The notes under the pieces are model-generated. The model was given only the letters and a program-made list of their open reading frames with translations, searched no databases and was not told where the DNA came from. 64,000 bases of DNA, taken from contig CBDCEW010000105.1 of the NCBI GenBank assembly GCA_965215885.1, positions 96,001 through 160,000 on the forward strand, written 5' to 3'. Source of the stretch: Candidatus Moanibacter sp. Lineage in GTDB: Bacteria; Verrucomicrobiota; Verrucomicrobiia; Opitutales; UBA2987. Positions 1 through 10,396 of this stretch are shown here, one piece after another; positions within the stretch are counted from its first letter, which is position 1; each line of letters opens with the position of its first letter. The position numbers and the translations under genes are program-made.

Positions 1-34
1 GCGAACTGGAAAACGAAGAAGCCGAAGCAAAAAC

Positions 35-865
35 ATGAAAAAGCATCTACTGAACTCGAAGCAGATGGCCCGATTCGTGGCATCGGGCTATCTCAAGTTT
101 GAAAAAATGGTATCCAGGAAGTTGTGTGTGGCCGCCCTGGAGGAGATGAAGAATCGGAAACGGGGATTTTACGCCGTCGGCACCCCCTTTGAGAAGACCT
201 GGCCAAAGGGCACGGCCCTCGGCGATATCTTCCGCCTGCCAAAGGTTAAAGGGCTGATTCACTCCCTCGTCGGCCCCGATCCTCTCTACGATCACCACGC
301 CGCTCATTTCGTGGCCGCGAAGAAGATGACCGGGCCAAACACCCACCAGGATTCCGTGATCGATTTTCGTGAGAACTATTTCGACATACAGTTGTCCCTC
401 TTTCCGGCTGATACGCCCGACGAAATGGGCGGCACTTTTTTGATCCCGGGTACGCAGTTCCGCAATGTGCGCACTGGGGAGATCACCTTTTACCAGCATA
501 TGCGGGGCAAGATCTGGGCCAGCTGCACCGCGGGCACGATGTACGTATGGAACACCCGCGTGTGGCACGGCGCCCGCAGCAACCACACCGATCAAGACCG
601 GTTCATGTATAAGCTACGCCTGAACCCTACGCGCCCGCAGATTCGCAATTTCGATACCTCGGATCTCGATGATCCGGAAATCCCGGGGATTCTTTCGACA
701 AACCACGATTGGGAAGGGAACGAGCACCGCTACGAGACCATGCGCCGCGTGCACCTTTGGCGTTATCTCTCTGACCAGCCCGATTTCGACATCGGCGAAC
801 GTTTTCTCCGGCGCATCGAGTACCTTCCTACCCGGGAGGGTAAGAAGGCGGCATTGGCACGGTAA
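35..865 (+). CDS. Phytanoyl-CoA dioxygenase (PhyH) family Fe(II)/2-oxoglutarate dioxygenase
   Basis: HxD motif (THQD), GGTFLIPGT and distal WHG; typical N-terminus (ARFVASGYL). Confidence 0.85.
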   Translation: MKKHLLNSKQMARFVASGYLKFEKMVSRKLCVAALEEMKNRKRGFYAVGTPFEKTWPKGTALGDIFRLPKVKGLIHSLVGPDPLYDHHAAHFVAAKKMTGPNTHQDSVIDFRENYFDIQLSLFPADTPDEMGGTFLIPGTQFRNVRTGEITFYQHMRGKIWASCTAGTMYVWNTRVWHGARSNHTDQDRFMYKLRLNPTRPQIRNFDTSDLDDPEIPGILSTNHDWEGNEHRYETMRRVHLWRYLSDQPDFDIGERFLRRIEYLPTREGKKAALAR

Positions 866-1092
866 GCCCGTTTGTTTAATAAATCCCCCTCCACTAAATC
901 CCGCAAGGTCTTCCGTAAGCAGATCCGAGGTACTGCGGAGTCCCGGCGCGCCGGGATGGGTAACTCTTTCTCTTCGCTTTCTTTGTTTCTTTCTGTTCAA
1001 TCCTCTTCAAGTTCTCTGCGTTCTCTGGGTCCTCTGCGGTTTCACGTCTGGTTCTTCGAACAGCTTCTATTTAGAGCCTGTTCGAAAAGGCT

Positions 1093-1399
1093 CTAACTAC
1101 AGTCTCCCATATCGACTAACTCTGACACCTCTAGTGATCCGCCAATATCAAGAAAAGGGCAAGCCTTGGCAATCGACAGTGCCGCCTCCATAGAATCCGC
1201 TTCAATTATAGTGTAACCAGACATTGTCGTTGTGCCTCCGGTGGAAACAGTACCATCAGAGTTTACTGTGCTCGTATCCTTTAGCGGATTGGCAGGACTA
1301 ACTGCAGAGTCGCCCAATGAAGATGCGCATCCACTCCATATATTTCGACATATGTTGCTTTCCTTCCTCTGGGCTGGATGGCTGATCGCCACCTAGATA
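1093..1399 (-). pseudogene. YCII-related protein, 5'-truncated by IS and frameshifted
   Basis: C-terminal SGYTIIEADSMEAALSIAKACPFL..GGSLEVSEL. Another frame reads YLGGDQPSSPEEGKQHMSKYMEW starting exactly at the IS end (1399); frameshift near 1325. Confidence 0.75.
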
Positions 1400-3316
1400 G
1401 ACCCCATTCGAAAAGCCTTTCGAGCGGGCGGTTTAAGGTTCTCCGCCACGGGCGGACCAGCCTATGGCTGGCAGGTTTCGGGTTTTAGGCTGCCGGCGCT
1501 GCCGATGAGCAGGTATTGAGCGGCCATCGGCGTGGCTTGCTGCACAATACGTATATTTGCCGCTGTCTGGAGGCATACTCATCCCGTGGTGCTTTTTTCT
1601 CTGAGCTTCAAAGCGGTCAGATTCAGGCTGCCTGTTCCAGTTCCTCCCCTCGGCGTTTCTTCATCAGTATGATGCGGCAGAAGTTGTAGGCCAGAACCTT
1701 CTCGAGCAGTTCATCGCCTACCGCATCGATGCCGCGGCGGCCGAGTTCGCCAAAGGCAAATCCATCTTTAATCGTGAACATCAGCGACTCCACTGCGGAG
1801 CGATCGCGGCGTGCCTCGCGATACGCCTCGCTCTCCCAGTCCTCGGGGGTGGTCAACTTCTTGCCCTTCGCCCCACTGATACTGATCTGCTTTACCCCCA
1901 TGCTCAGCACCTCCTTGCGTCCCTTCGCCGAAGCATATCCGTCATCGGTGCTGACCAGTTCAGCAATGACACCGGTGCGCTTGATCGAATCGCCGATGGC
2001 CGGCGCCAGCTCAATGGAGTCTGCCGCGTTGCCTTGCGGTACGATCAGGCTGGTGACAAAACCGTTTTCGCTGCGAACCAGTTGTGGCTTGTACCCGATC
2101 ACTGGATTGCGGCTGCCCTTCTTGATGTAGGCCGCCGATCCGTCCGAGAGGCTCAGGACCTTCTGTGTGGACGGTAGCTTCTTTTCGTGAAACACCCGAT
2201 CATGAGCATACTCAACAACCCGCTTGGCGTCGGCAATATCGCCCCTGATCTGGCTCAATGCCCGCTCCAGAAGCTCCCGGCGAGTGGGAGGCAGTGAATC
2301 CATCGACAGGCCCTCTTCAAGATGGCTCAGTTCCCCCGTTAGTGAGTCGGCCGCCTTGCGGCCCCGCTTGAGCAACCGCCGGTAGTGTTTCTTCAGCTTG
2401 CCCTTCGACTTCGGTTTGCCCGCGGCCAGACAAATCTGAAACTCCAGCTTGTCCATTTCCTCCAGCCAACGCCCAACCCATCCCTTGCGAAAATCCTCCA
2501 GCCCGAAGACATGCAACTTCTGACCCAAACGATTGGCCCGCATCAAAAGACCGCTCAGAATCTTCCCATCGGTGGGCCAGCAGCTGTTTGCTTTCACCGA
2601 GGTGCTGTCGATCGTCAGCTTCCCGAAATCGTCCCATTGCTCCTGGAGGATAAACCCAATCTGTTTATCAAAGATCAACTCGCGGGTCGTATGGCTGACC
2701 AGGTTCACGTTCTCCAGAATCGTCGTCACCGCCGGCATTCTCAGTCCCCCGCTCTGCAAAAATCCGTACAAGCTCATCGACTCGCGCACAAACCGCCGTG
2801 CCGGTTTCGTGGTCAACGAACCCAGAAACCCTCGAATCATCACGAACACGTATACCGCATAAGCCGGCATCCGCGGCCGGCCTGCCCCAAGATTCAATTC
2901 AGCAGCCAGAATATTCTCCTCCTCGATGTCCAGCTCCGGCAGCTCCGCTGTGCGCCCTTCAAAGAACCTTCGATCTTCCAATCGAAGTTTCTTCTTCTCA
3001 CGCGCATGGGCGTCCAGATCCTTCTCGATCGCCTCGATGATTTGCGCCGCGAACCCGGCCAATTCTTCAACTTCATCCAGAAAATCACGGAAATCCGTGT
3101 CTGGAACCGGCAGAATGAGGTTGCTAAGGGGCGTCTTATCGCTTTTGTTCTCCTCTGTCGCACATGTTGGCATGTTTAACTCCTTTCTTAATCTTAGGTT
3201 GTTAAACACTAGCATGTTGCGACACTTTTTATCAAGCCAAAAAATGATTTTTCTCAAGTTTTTCTTGCGCCTTTTGCGCCTCTTTGCGGCCAATCAGTAG
3301 CTTTTCGGATAAGGTC
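1400..3316 (-). mobile_element. IS element, ISNCY/IS5-like, copy 1
   Basis: Imperfect 16-bp TIRs GACCTTATCCGAAAAG / GACCCCATTCGAAAAG; near-identical copy at 30087-32008. Flanks TAGATA / TATCTA are not a direct repeat. Confidence 0.9.
1623..3173 (-). CDS. DDE transposase (ISNCY/IS5-like)
   Basis: IDSTSVKAN..PTD, STDDGY and RSAVESLMFTIK motifs; ATG at 3173 preceded by AAGGAG. Confidence 0.9.
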   Translation of the reverse strand: MPTCATEENKSDKTPLSNLILPVPDTDFRDFLDEVEELAGFAAQIIEAIEKDLDAHAREKKKLRLEDRRFFEGRTAELPELDIEEENILAAELNLGAGRPRMPAYAVYVFVMIRGFLGSLTTKPARRFVRESMSLYGFLQSGGLRMPAVTTILENVNLVSHTTRELIFDKQIGFILQEQWDDFGKLTIDSTSVKANSCWPTDGKILSGLLMRANRLGQKLHVFGLEDFRKGWVGRWLEEMDKLEFQICLAAGKPKSKGKLKKHYRRLLKRGRKAADSLTGELSHLEEGLSMDSLPPTRRELLERALSQIRGDIADAKRVVEYAHDRVFHEKKLPSTQKVLSLSDGSAAYIKKGSRNPVIGYKPQLVRSENGFVTSLIVPQGNAADSIELAPAIGDSIKRTGVIAELVSTDDGYASAKGRKEVLSMGVKQISISGAKGKKLTTPEDWESEAYREARRDRSAVESLMFTIKDGFAFGELGRRGIDAVGDELLEKVLAYNFCRIILMKKRRGEELEQAA

Positions 3317-4148
3317 TATCTAAGGCCCGCTTTACGACGGAAGTCTTCTATCTGATTGAAGCGTTCCCACAGGCTGCTCATCTGTTCCACTTTGAGGCAG
3401 ACCGCATGGGAGTTATCGGTTTCATTGAGCGCCTGGCTCTGTGCCGCGGGCAATGGCCCTGAAGCGCGCAAAAGCTCAAGGGCATTAGCCTTGAGGGGTT
3501 TGACCCAGATCTGCTTGGGACGCTCATGGCGTTGATAGAAATCTTCGCGTTGGCGGCCATATCCCGCGCTCAAGCCCAAGGGCGTCCACCCGCTCGCTTC
3601 GTAGCAAGTGCCCCGGTGAATCTGTGGGTCCACGAACGTTTCCGCTACTAAGGGACGATAGCCAAAAGCCTCCTGCCAGTGATCGGCTAAGACTCTCAGG
3701 CACATACCCAACGTCTTGGAGGCCAAATTTGCAAGATCCACCCAGGGCAAAATCAGAAAACGCCGGTTCTGTACTACCAGTTTCAATCGTGCATGCCGTT
3801 GCGCCCCGTCCCACCCGATCCATTCGTCTCGATCCTTCAGCCGGTAGGATGCGGCCCCCCACAAGAGCAGGCCCATCCATTGCCCGTCGATCTGCGCCAC
3901 ATAGCGCAGGGTCTCTCCTGCGCTGCCCGCACTGTGTAAATAATGATGTTGTTTCAATAGATCATTGAATCGCTCCTGCTCTTCGGGCAGGACCAGACGC
4001 AGAGTTAAACGATCTATCGAAGGATTCAGTTGGTAAGATTTTTTGTCTTTCATCCCATCTTAACATGACTGATTCCCTCGGGTTTGTTTAGCTCTTTTTT
4101 TATCTTCTTGCTTATCAGCTAGTTGCTTCCTGGAATCCTTTTACCCTG
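3317..4148 (-). mobile_element. Truncated DUF4338-ISAs1 element, copy 1 (CDS fragment 3317-4053)
   Basis: Near-identical to 40391-41224; CAGGGTAAAAGGATTCC end at 4148; cut by the ISNCY-like IS at 3316. Confidence 0.9.
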
Positions 4149-4234
4149 ACTGTCGCCCGCCGTGCTTCGGAAAGGCATTGACACGCAGCGATCTACGCCG
4201 TCTCGCTACGAAGTGTGTGAAATGTTCGGGCTAG
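4149..4234. repeat. MITE-A, right half (interrupted by the ISAs1 element)
   Basis: Matches the second half of 19694-19875 and ends GTGTGAAATGTTCGGGCTAG. Confidence 0.85.
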
Positions 4235-4262
4235 CTACATCAGATGCTTTTTAACATATACA

Positions 4263-4288
4263 AATCCCCCGGGCTTGCCCCGGGGATC
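4263..4288. repeat. Short REP-like palindrome
   Basis: ATCCCCCGGGCTTGCCCCGGGGAT hairpin, similar in layout to CCCCGTAGCTTGCTACGGGG near 61294. Confidence 0.45.
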
Positions 4289-4365
4289 GTTAGGTTTCAG
4301 GGCTATGGAAGGTATCTGAGCACATCTCATTGCTCACCCCTTTAGTCCGGAAAGGAACAGCCCTC

Positions 4366-5898
4366 ATGTCTTCACAAAGCCGTTCTCGGCCCAACATCGT
4401 CCTGATCATGTCGGATCAGCACAATCCCCACGTCATGGGATGCTCGGGTGATTCGGTCGTCCAGACACCCCATCTTGATGCCTTGGCCGCGGAGGGGATC
4501 CACTGCACCTCAGCCTACTGCGCTTACCCGCTCTGTGTCCCTTCACGGATGGCATTCATGACCGGTCAGTATGCGAGCGAGATAGGAGTCTGGCACAACC
4601 CCTCCATTCTACGCTCGGATATTCCGACCTTTGCTCATGCTTTCGGAGCTTCAGGCTACGAAGCCGTTCTATGCGGGCGCATGCACTTCAACGGGCCCGA
4701 CCAGTTTCACGGATTCGAAAGCCGCATATACGGAGACTGCAGCAACTTCATTAGCCGGGAAATCGCAGGATCCGGGAACAACCGTACCACCGGTCAGCGA
4801 AAGTACGCAGTGGAGGTCTCCGGCTACGGGAAAGCGGGTTACTCCCAATTCGATGAGCGCGTCACGGCTCGCGCCTGTAGCTTTCTTGCAAACCGCGATT
4901 CCGCGAAGCGGCCATTCTGCCTGGTGGTGGGATACATGCTGCCACACAACCCGCTAATCTGCGACAAGGTCCTTTTCGAACGGTACCTGGAAAAGTTACC
5001 CGTTCCCGATCCTCCGATCAGTGATTTGTCAGAGCTCCCACTCCCCATCCGTAAGTGGTGGGAGCGCCGGGGCGTGCAGGATCTTACGCCACACCAGAAC
5101 CACCGGGCGCTCGCCGCTTACTATGGCTTGGTCACGGAACTGGATCGAAATATCGGTCGGTTGGTTAGCACGGTGCGGACCTCACCCGCGGCGTCGAACA
5201 CCATTCTCGTATACTGCTCCGACCACGGAGACAGCGCTTGCGAACACGGAATGTGGTGGAAAAGCAGTTACTTCGAAGGAGCAGCCCGTGTTCCTCTCAT
5301 CTTTTCCTGGCCTGGTCATTTCCCGGGCCGATCAACCGTCGATGCCGTACTCAGCCTGATCGATGTCGGACCGACCCTGCTGGATCTCGCCGGGGCGAAA
5401 CCAATGTCCGATATCAGCGGGAAAAGCTTCGGCCGCCTGCTCTTTGAACCCTCCGCATCCGCGGACACCTGGCCGAACGAAATTTTCTGCGAATATATCG
5501 GAGCACACGGAGATAAACCTTCCTGTATGGTGCGATCGGGGCCGTGGAAACTCATGTATTATTCCGAGTTCGACTCGTATCTCCTCTTTAACCTCAATGA
5601 AGATCCCGGAGAACTTCGCGACCGTGCCGCGGATCCGTCCTGCAAAGCCCTTGCGGATCACCTCCTGGATAAGATTCACCGGCGGTGGTCGGCCCGCCGC
5701 ATGCTCGATGGGTATGCGCGAGAACGCCGCGCTCAGGACCTGCTGCGGCGATGCGGTCACCCGCCAATTCCGCACGCACTCCAGCATGATTCCCCGGCGG
5801 AAGACGCCAATCAGTTCGATTTCTCACAAGTTCATAACTGGGAAGCGATCAAATCACGTGCTGCCCGGGAAGGCAATCTGCCCGATACTTCCAGTTGA
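4366..5898 (+). CDS. Sulfatase (choline-sulfatase-like, S1 family)
   Basis: RPNIVLIMSDQH, CVPSR formylglycine motif, GRMHF, SDHG, GMWWKS; AAGGA RBS before ATG 4366. Confidence 0.92.
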   Translation: MSSQSRSRPNIVLIMSDQHNPHVMGCSGDSVVQTPHLDALAAEGIHCTSAYCAYPLCVPSRMAFMTGQYASEIGVWHNPSILRSDIPTFAHAFGASGYEAVLCGRMHFNGPDQFHGFESRIYGDCSNFISREIAGSGNNRTTGQRKYAVEVSGYGKAGYSQFDERVTARACSFLANRDSAKRPFCLVVGYMLPHNPLICDKVLFERYLEKLPVPDPPISDLSELPLPIRKWWERRGVQDLTPHQNHRALAAYYGLVTELDRNIGRLVSTVRTSPAASNTILVYCSDHGDSACEHGMWWKSSYFEGAARVPLIFSWPGHFPGRSTVDAVLSLIDVGPTLLDLAGAKPMSDISGKSFGRLLFEPSASADTWPNEIFCEYIGAHGDKPSCMVRSGPWKLMYYSEFDSYLLFNLNEDPGELRDRAADPSCKALADHLLDKIHRRWSARRMLDGYARERRAQDLLRRCGHPPIPHALQHDSPAEDANQFDFSQVHNWEAIKSRAAREGNLPDTSS

Positions 5899-5989
5899 CA
5901 GCCGCTCCGTGTCGAAAACTGCACAGTGAAAAGTCAACCAAATCCAAAGACGGCTATCCATCGTTGTGCTAAGCTTTTGCCCGTTCACC

Positions 5990-6859
5990 ATGACGCACAC
6001 ACAGATCCACCAAATGGACGAGATGGCATTGAAAACGGAGTTTGACCGCGAGGGATTCGTTATCCTCCGCGACATCATTCCTTCCGACTACGTGGAAAAC
6101 GCAAAACCGGCGATCAATACCCTTGTCGATCGGGAGGCGGACCGGCTGGTATCCGAGGGCAAGCTGGCCGAGCGCTTCACGGGAGATCCTTTTGAATCCC
6201 GCTTGATTCGATTATTTGAGCGGTACCCCGACGAAGCGCCTAAGAGCTACCGACCGGAGCTTCACTTGGCGCCGTTGTTTCACTTTTTTTTCAACCCCGC
6301 TATTCTCGATCTGGTGCAAGTCACTCTGGGCGACGAAATCCGCCTCTACCCCAATTACACGCTTCGCCCGAAAGTTCCGGATAACGTTCGGGGGCAGGTT
6401 CTCTGGCACCAGGACGGCGGTTACACGGCGAAAGGAAACGCGGACTCCGAAGTTGAAACCCTCTTGATGGTCAACGCTTGGACGCCGCTTGTTCCGGTCA
6501 ATCGCGAAAACGGATGTATGCAATTCATTCCGGGCACGCACAAGAAAGGGGTTGTACCTCACGTAAAAAAGGAGCATTACCTGGAAATTCGCCGCGATAT
6601 CATTGAACAGCGCCTGAGAACGAGCGATCCGGTCGATATCGAAATGTCGCCAGGCGATGTCGTACTCTTTCATAACCTCTTGTTTCACCACGGATTGCCG
6701 AACCGTTCAAAAACCATTCGATGGAGCCTCGATTTCCGATATCAGGATGCCCGTCAGCCTACATTCCGGGCTCACAACGGCCATCTTGCGCGAAGCAGAG
6801 CGCATCCGGAAGCGGTGGTCCGGTCTCCAGAACAATGGGCCGGCCTGAGCTTTGTTTAG
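5990..6859 (+). CDS. PhyH family dioxygenase
   Basis: FDREGFVIL, WHQD, NGCMQFIPGTH, FHHG..N.S..IRWSLDFRY. Start may be 6014 or 6023. Confidence 0.92.
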   Translation: MTHTQIHQMDEMALKTEFDREGFVILRDIIPSDYVENAKPAINTLVDREADRLVSEGKLAERFTGDPFESRLIRLFERYPDEAPKSYRPELHLAPLFHFFFNPAILDLVQVTLGDEIRLYPNYTLRPKVPDNVRGQVLWHQDGGYTAKGNADSEVETLLMVNAWTPLVPVNRENGCMQFIPGTHKKGVVPHVKKEHYLEIRRDIIEQRLRTSDPVDIEMSPGDVVLFHNLLFHHGLPNRSKTIRWSLDFRYQDARQPTFRAHNGHLARSRAHPEAVVRSPEQWAGLSFV

Positions 6860-6950
6860 CCCGCTTTTTGTGGCCGGAAAGAAACAGCGCTAAAGGATGG
6901 AGACTTCGCCGCCAAGGGTTCGACGGAAATTTGTGAGAAAAGCGGGCTAG
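6857..6950. repeat. MITE-B (94 bp)
   Basis: TIR TAGCCCGCTTTT...AAAAGCGGGCTAG; same-length copy at 53251-53344; begins on the phyH TAG stop. Confidence 0.85.
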
Positions 6951-7226
6951 TGTTGTGTCCCGCAAATACCTTTACACAGGTGAGAGCGCCATTGAGGCGC
7001 AGCGCAAGGCGGGCAGACGGGAGGAAGCCCTCTGGGCTTTCCCCGCCTGCACAACGCTGCGAACCCCTCGATGCCGCCTCATTCTTCAAGAACAGGGCGC
7101 TTTTGTGTCCCAGCGGCGTTCGCGCCCAAGGAGCAGTGCCTATGGCACAGCACACTTGTCGCTGCCTTGCTGGAGACGCAAAATCACTCCTGCCTGTGTG
7201 AAGGTATTTGCGGGACACAACACTAG
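6947..7226. repeat. MITE-C (280 bp)
   Basis: Long TIRs CTAGTGTTGTGTCCCGCAAATACCTT / AAGGTATTTGCGGGACACAACACTAG; shares CTAG 6947-6950 with MITE-B. Confidence 0.85.
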
Positions 7227-7331
7227 AGGAATCGATTTTGGCCGACTCTCCGGAAAATTCACCTGAATCTTCAATGTCCATGCGGGTATTCGGCTCGATC
7301 CCTAACGTATCCTTTTTCGTGGAACTTGCCG

Positions 7332-7427
7332 AAGTGGCACGAAGGCTTCCAGCCTCAACGAAAAGTGAAAAGTCGCATGATACCGCCCGGTATCAGCATT
7401 TTCACAGGCTGGAAGCCTGTGCCACTT
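7332..7427. repeat. REP doublet (REPIN-like)
   Basis: AAGTGGCACGAAGGCTTCCAGCCT ... AGGCTGGAAGCCTGTGCCACTT inverted pair. Confidence 0.7.
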
Positions 7428-7515
7428 TGCTGTCCAAAGTTTCATTCATGTTTGATCCGGCATGGGTCAGCGCGCCGGGGGCGCGACTGACTTGGTACAA
7501 CGATTCAGCCTTACG

Positions 7516-8913
7516 ATGGATCAGCATATGTCGCAGGAACTGAAAAACCGCATCCACGCCGATTACCCCGAACTGCGCGATCCGCGATTACCGGATTGGG
7601 ACAAGGCTCGTATCCTAAGGACGTGGACTTGGTCGCTCGTCGATGTCGCCTGGCCGCCGGTGAGCTACGATCAGCAAAAGGACTGGCATCGAAGCGAAGC
7701 CGACGAAGCCGACCGGTTGGTCGAAAGGTTCGATTCGGACAAGGGCGGCGTTTGGTGCGAAGGGGCCGCCTTCACGCTTCAGAAAATCTACGCCCTATAC
7801 GGATTCGAGGCCTATCTTATTACGCTCTCCCAGCGGTATGAACAGGGCTGGGGAAGCCACACCATGACACTGATTCATATCGAGGACGGGAGCCGCCGCA
7901 TCTGGTCGCTCCAGGACGCCTATTTTGACAATGCGATTACTGACGCTGGGGGAAGGCCGCTGGATTACGTCGAGTTTCTACAGCGCCTCAAGGCCCGCAG
8001 GCTCCATGAAGTCGGGTTGAAGGAATTTGATGTACCCGTTCGGTTCCTTCCGGCCGTCATTGTACCTGCCTATAAGGCCATCGGTAAGACCGAAAAAGAA
8101 ATCGCTTACAACCATTGGCCCGTCGACCTCGACAGCTACTCAGTCAAGCGGCTGGATGATGGAAGCGTGAAAATCGTTTCGCGACGGATGCTCAGCCAGT
8201 ACATAGCTCGATTTGACTATTTCAAGGAACTCTTGGCTGCAAACCGGGTTCCAACCGACCCGATTTACTATTTTCTCTTTGCCGACACTCGCGTTTCCGG
8301 TTCAAGCCCAAAAGCGCAAGCCCTCCGGCGGGGGATTCGTGCGATCCAGCGCGAACAGGAGCTACTCCCACTGCTCTCCTCTTCACCCCCGGTATGGCAT
8401 ACCACGCGCGGGTTCCGTGAAGGCCGGTGGAATTGGAGCACCTCCAACCCGGACGGCCGGCGGGCAAGCATTTCAGTGCCAGGCGCCGGTGCGCATACAC
8501 TCAACATTTGGATGGGTGAAGACGGCACCTGTATCGATAAGCTCATCCTTACGCAAAACCCGGATTTCACGCCAAACGGAAATGATCCGCATTCCGGTAG
8601 TGACGGGGTTCTCCTCATCGATACTTGCAATTTAGAACGAAACATTCCGCGCTCTGGATCCGCATGGATCCTGAAGACCGATAAGCCCGGATTCACGGAT
8701 TGCGGCTACATGCAAGCCCTCCCCTTGAAGGGACTAAGAATCTCTCGCAAAGAGGCCGTCGACACTGCCCCCGAACTTCAATTTTCCCTGCAGTTTCGCG
8801 CTCCCGGGACATATTTTGTTTGGGTGCGGGAAAACTGTACATCGAAATTCAGCGACTGCATCCATCTGGGGACCGATGGCGAGGTGATGGATACCATGGA
8901 TTTCTCCTTCTGA
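7516..8913 (+). CDS. Hypothetical protein: putative transglutaminase/papain-like domain plus beta-sandwich carbohydrate-binding-like domain
   Basis: Cys-His-Asp candidates WCEG, SHTMT, LQDAYF. C-terminal motifs GAHTLNIWMGEDG..IDKLILT and GYMQALP..FRAPGTYFVWVR. Confidence 0.55.
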   Translation: MDQHMSQELKNRIHADYPELRDPRLPDWDKARILRTWTWSLVDVAWPPVSYDQQKDWHRSEADEADRLVERFDSDKGGVWCEGAAFTLQKIYALYGFEAYLITLSQRYEQGWGSHTMTLIHIEDGSRRIWSLQDAYFDNAITDAGGRPLDYVEFLQRLKARRLHEVGLKEFDVPVRFLPAVIVPAYKAIGKTEKEIAYNHWPVDLDSYSVKRLDDGSVKIVSRRMLSQYIARFDYFKELLAANRVPTDPIYYFLFADTRVSGSSPKAQALRRGIRAIQREQELLPLLSSSPPVWHTTRGFREGRWNWSTSNPDGRRASISVPGAGAHTLNIWMGEDGTCIDKLILTQNPDFTPNGNDPHSGSDGVLLIDTCNLERNIPRSGSAWILKTDKPGFTDCGYMQALPLKGLRISRKEAVDTAPELQFSLQFRAPGTYFVWVRENCTSKFSDCIHLGTDGEVMDTMDFSF

Positions 8914-8966
8914 TTGCCCCGTCGTCATCCTCCCGCATGCTGTTCCTTGCGTAAACTGTTTCGAGA

Positions 8967-10340
8967 TTAGCCATCTTTACCCGGACGTCCGTCCGTCCAC
9001 CAACGCTCACGTTCGCGGCAGATAGCATCGTCGAGATAGAGTTGCTGCTCACGGCGGTTGCGCCGGCCGCCCGGTGCACTATTCATGGTTCCCCCATTAT
9101 GGGCCGGGGTGGGCGAGAGGCTGAGGTCCAGGCTTGCCATGAGAATGCCTACTCCCTTCGTCTCCCGTTCCATCACATCACGGAAGCTGATATCGTGCAC
9201 CGGTTTGGCCGTGGGGTCGCTTTCGGGGTTCGTCACCTCCCGACCGGTCGTATCCCAGATGCCGTAACCGCTGTTATGGGAGCTGGCTATCAGACGAACG
9301 CAATTGTCGGCGCTGCGCGCAGGCATGAGCGAGCGATAGAATCCTGCACTGGGAAAAAGAATAATCTCGGCGCCTTTGAGGGCGAGCAATTCGGTCACAT
9401 CAGTAAACCAACTATCGTAACAGATGATAAACCCGAGGATCCCGAAATCCGTCTCAATAACCGGTACACTTCGACCCGGCAACACACCTGAATCCTGAAG
9501 TTCGGGGCTGTAGGGATGAACCTTGTCATAGCTTCCGGCGAGACGGCCTTCCCGATCGAAGAGGAGAGCGGTATTGTAGATGTCTCCGCTGCGGGTCTCC
9601 TGCCTGACAATTCCGCCGCCCACGTACATGCGATGGCGCCTGGCTTCCTTTGCCATCAAGGCCGCTGAAGCGCCATCGATGGGTTCCGGAAGGTACTGGC
9701 CTCGCATATATTCCGGCAGCAGGAAGAGATCGCAGTCGGCTTCACCGGCAAGATCGAGGGCGGCGGCACATCGATCGAGATCCGGTTTCCCGCGCATACA
9801 TCCCACCCGAACCCAGCGCGAGGGTACAGGCGGGCACTCCGTGAGCGAAATCGAGCGAATCCAGACTTTCTTCGATCCGGCATGGCGGAATACGATGCGA
9901 ATCTCCGCCTCCCCGTCGCCTTCGCCCGGAAGGAAAATGCGCACTGAACCTTCGACACAGCCGTTCGGGAGACGGCGAAACTCGAATATCCCGTTGCGCT
10001 CTTTCTCCAGAAAGCACTGGAAGAGCAGATTCCTGTGGGGATTCAATCCGTCCGACATGTGAAATATGACGCGAAAATAATAGGTCTTTCCCAGCCCCAT
10101 GGGTATGGTCGTGGACAGAATTCCCATGCAATGCTCGTTGCCTTCGCCGGAAGCCATGAGACATCGCTTTCCGAACTGCTCGGTCAACTCGAATTTTGGG
10201 GCGAGGCTTTCTCGCGGCGTAAAGAAGCGCCAGCCGTCCGGCAGTGCTCCGATCGCCCCCTTTTCGAAGCGTCCGTTCGGGATCAGGTCTTCGGTTGTCT
10301 CGGCCGATGTGGGATCTGGTGCTTCCGTTCCTATTCTCAT
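8967..10340 (-). CDS. Carbon-nitrogen hydrolase (nitrilase superfamily) with N-terminal CBM-like domain
   Basis: E-K-C triad LLPEY, YDKVH, ICYD; YNTALLFDREG; N-terminal LIPNGRFEKG..LPDGW. Confidence 0.88.
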   Translation of the reverse strand: MRIGTEAPDPTSAETTEDLIPNGRFEKGAIGALPDGWRFFTPRESLAPKFELTEQFGKRCLMASGEGNEHCMGILSTTIPMGLGKTYYFRVIFHMSDGLNPHRNLLFQCFLEKERNGIFEFRRLPNGCVEGSVRIFLPGEGDGEAEIRIVFRHAGSKKVWIRSISLTECPPVPSRWVRVGCMRGKPDLDRCAAALDLAGEADCDLFLLPEYMRGQYLPEPIDGASAALMAKEARRHRMYVGGGIVRQETRSGDIYNTALLFDREGRLAGSYDKVHPYSPELQDSGVLPGRSVPVIETDFGILGFIICYDSWFTDVTELLALKGAEIILFPSAGFYRSLMPARSADNCVRLIASSHNSGYGIWDTTGREVTNPESDPTAKPVHDISFRDVMERETKGVGILMASLDLSLSPTPAHNGGTMNSAPGGRRNRREQQLYLDDAICRERERWWTDGRPGKDG

Positions 10341-10396
10341 GTCTCGTTTCCGTTCAATCGTTCAGGCGCAGGTATGATTCGTCCCGGCATGGAGCT

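Noticed and set aside
2385..3179. Long antisense ORFs over transposases and other genes
   Set aside because: They are shadow ORFs of GC-rich coding strands with no independent motifs.
3174..3293. N-terminal extension MAAKRRKRRKK of the transposase
   Set aside because: It derives from short repeats in the IS end. The RBS supports ATG 3173, and copy 2 breaks this frame.
6856..7281. ORFs of 83-141 aa on both strands
   Set aside because: They are read-throughs of MITE-B/C inverted repeats with no protein motifs.
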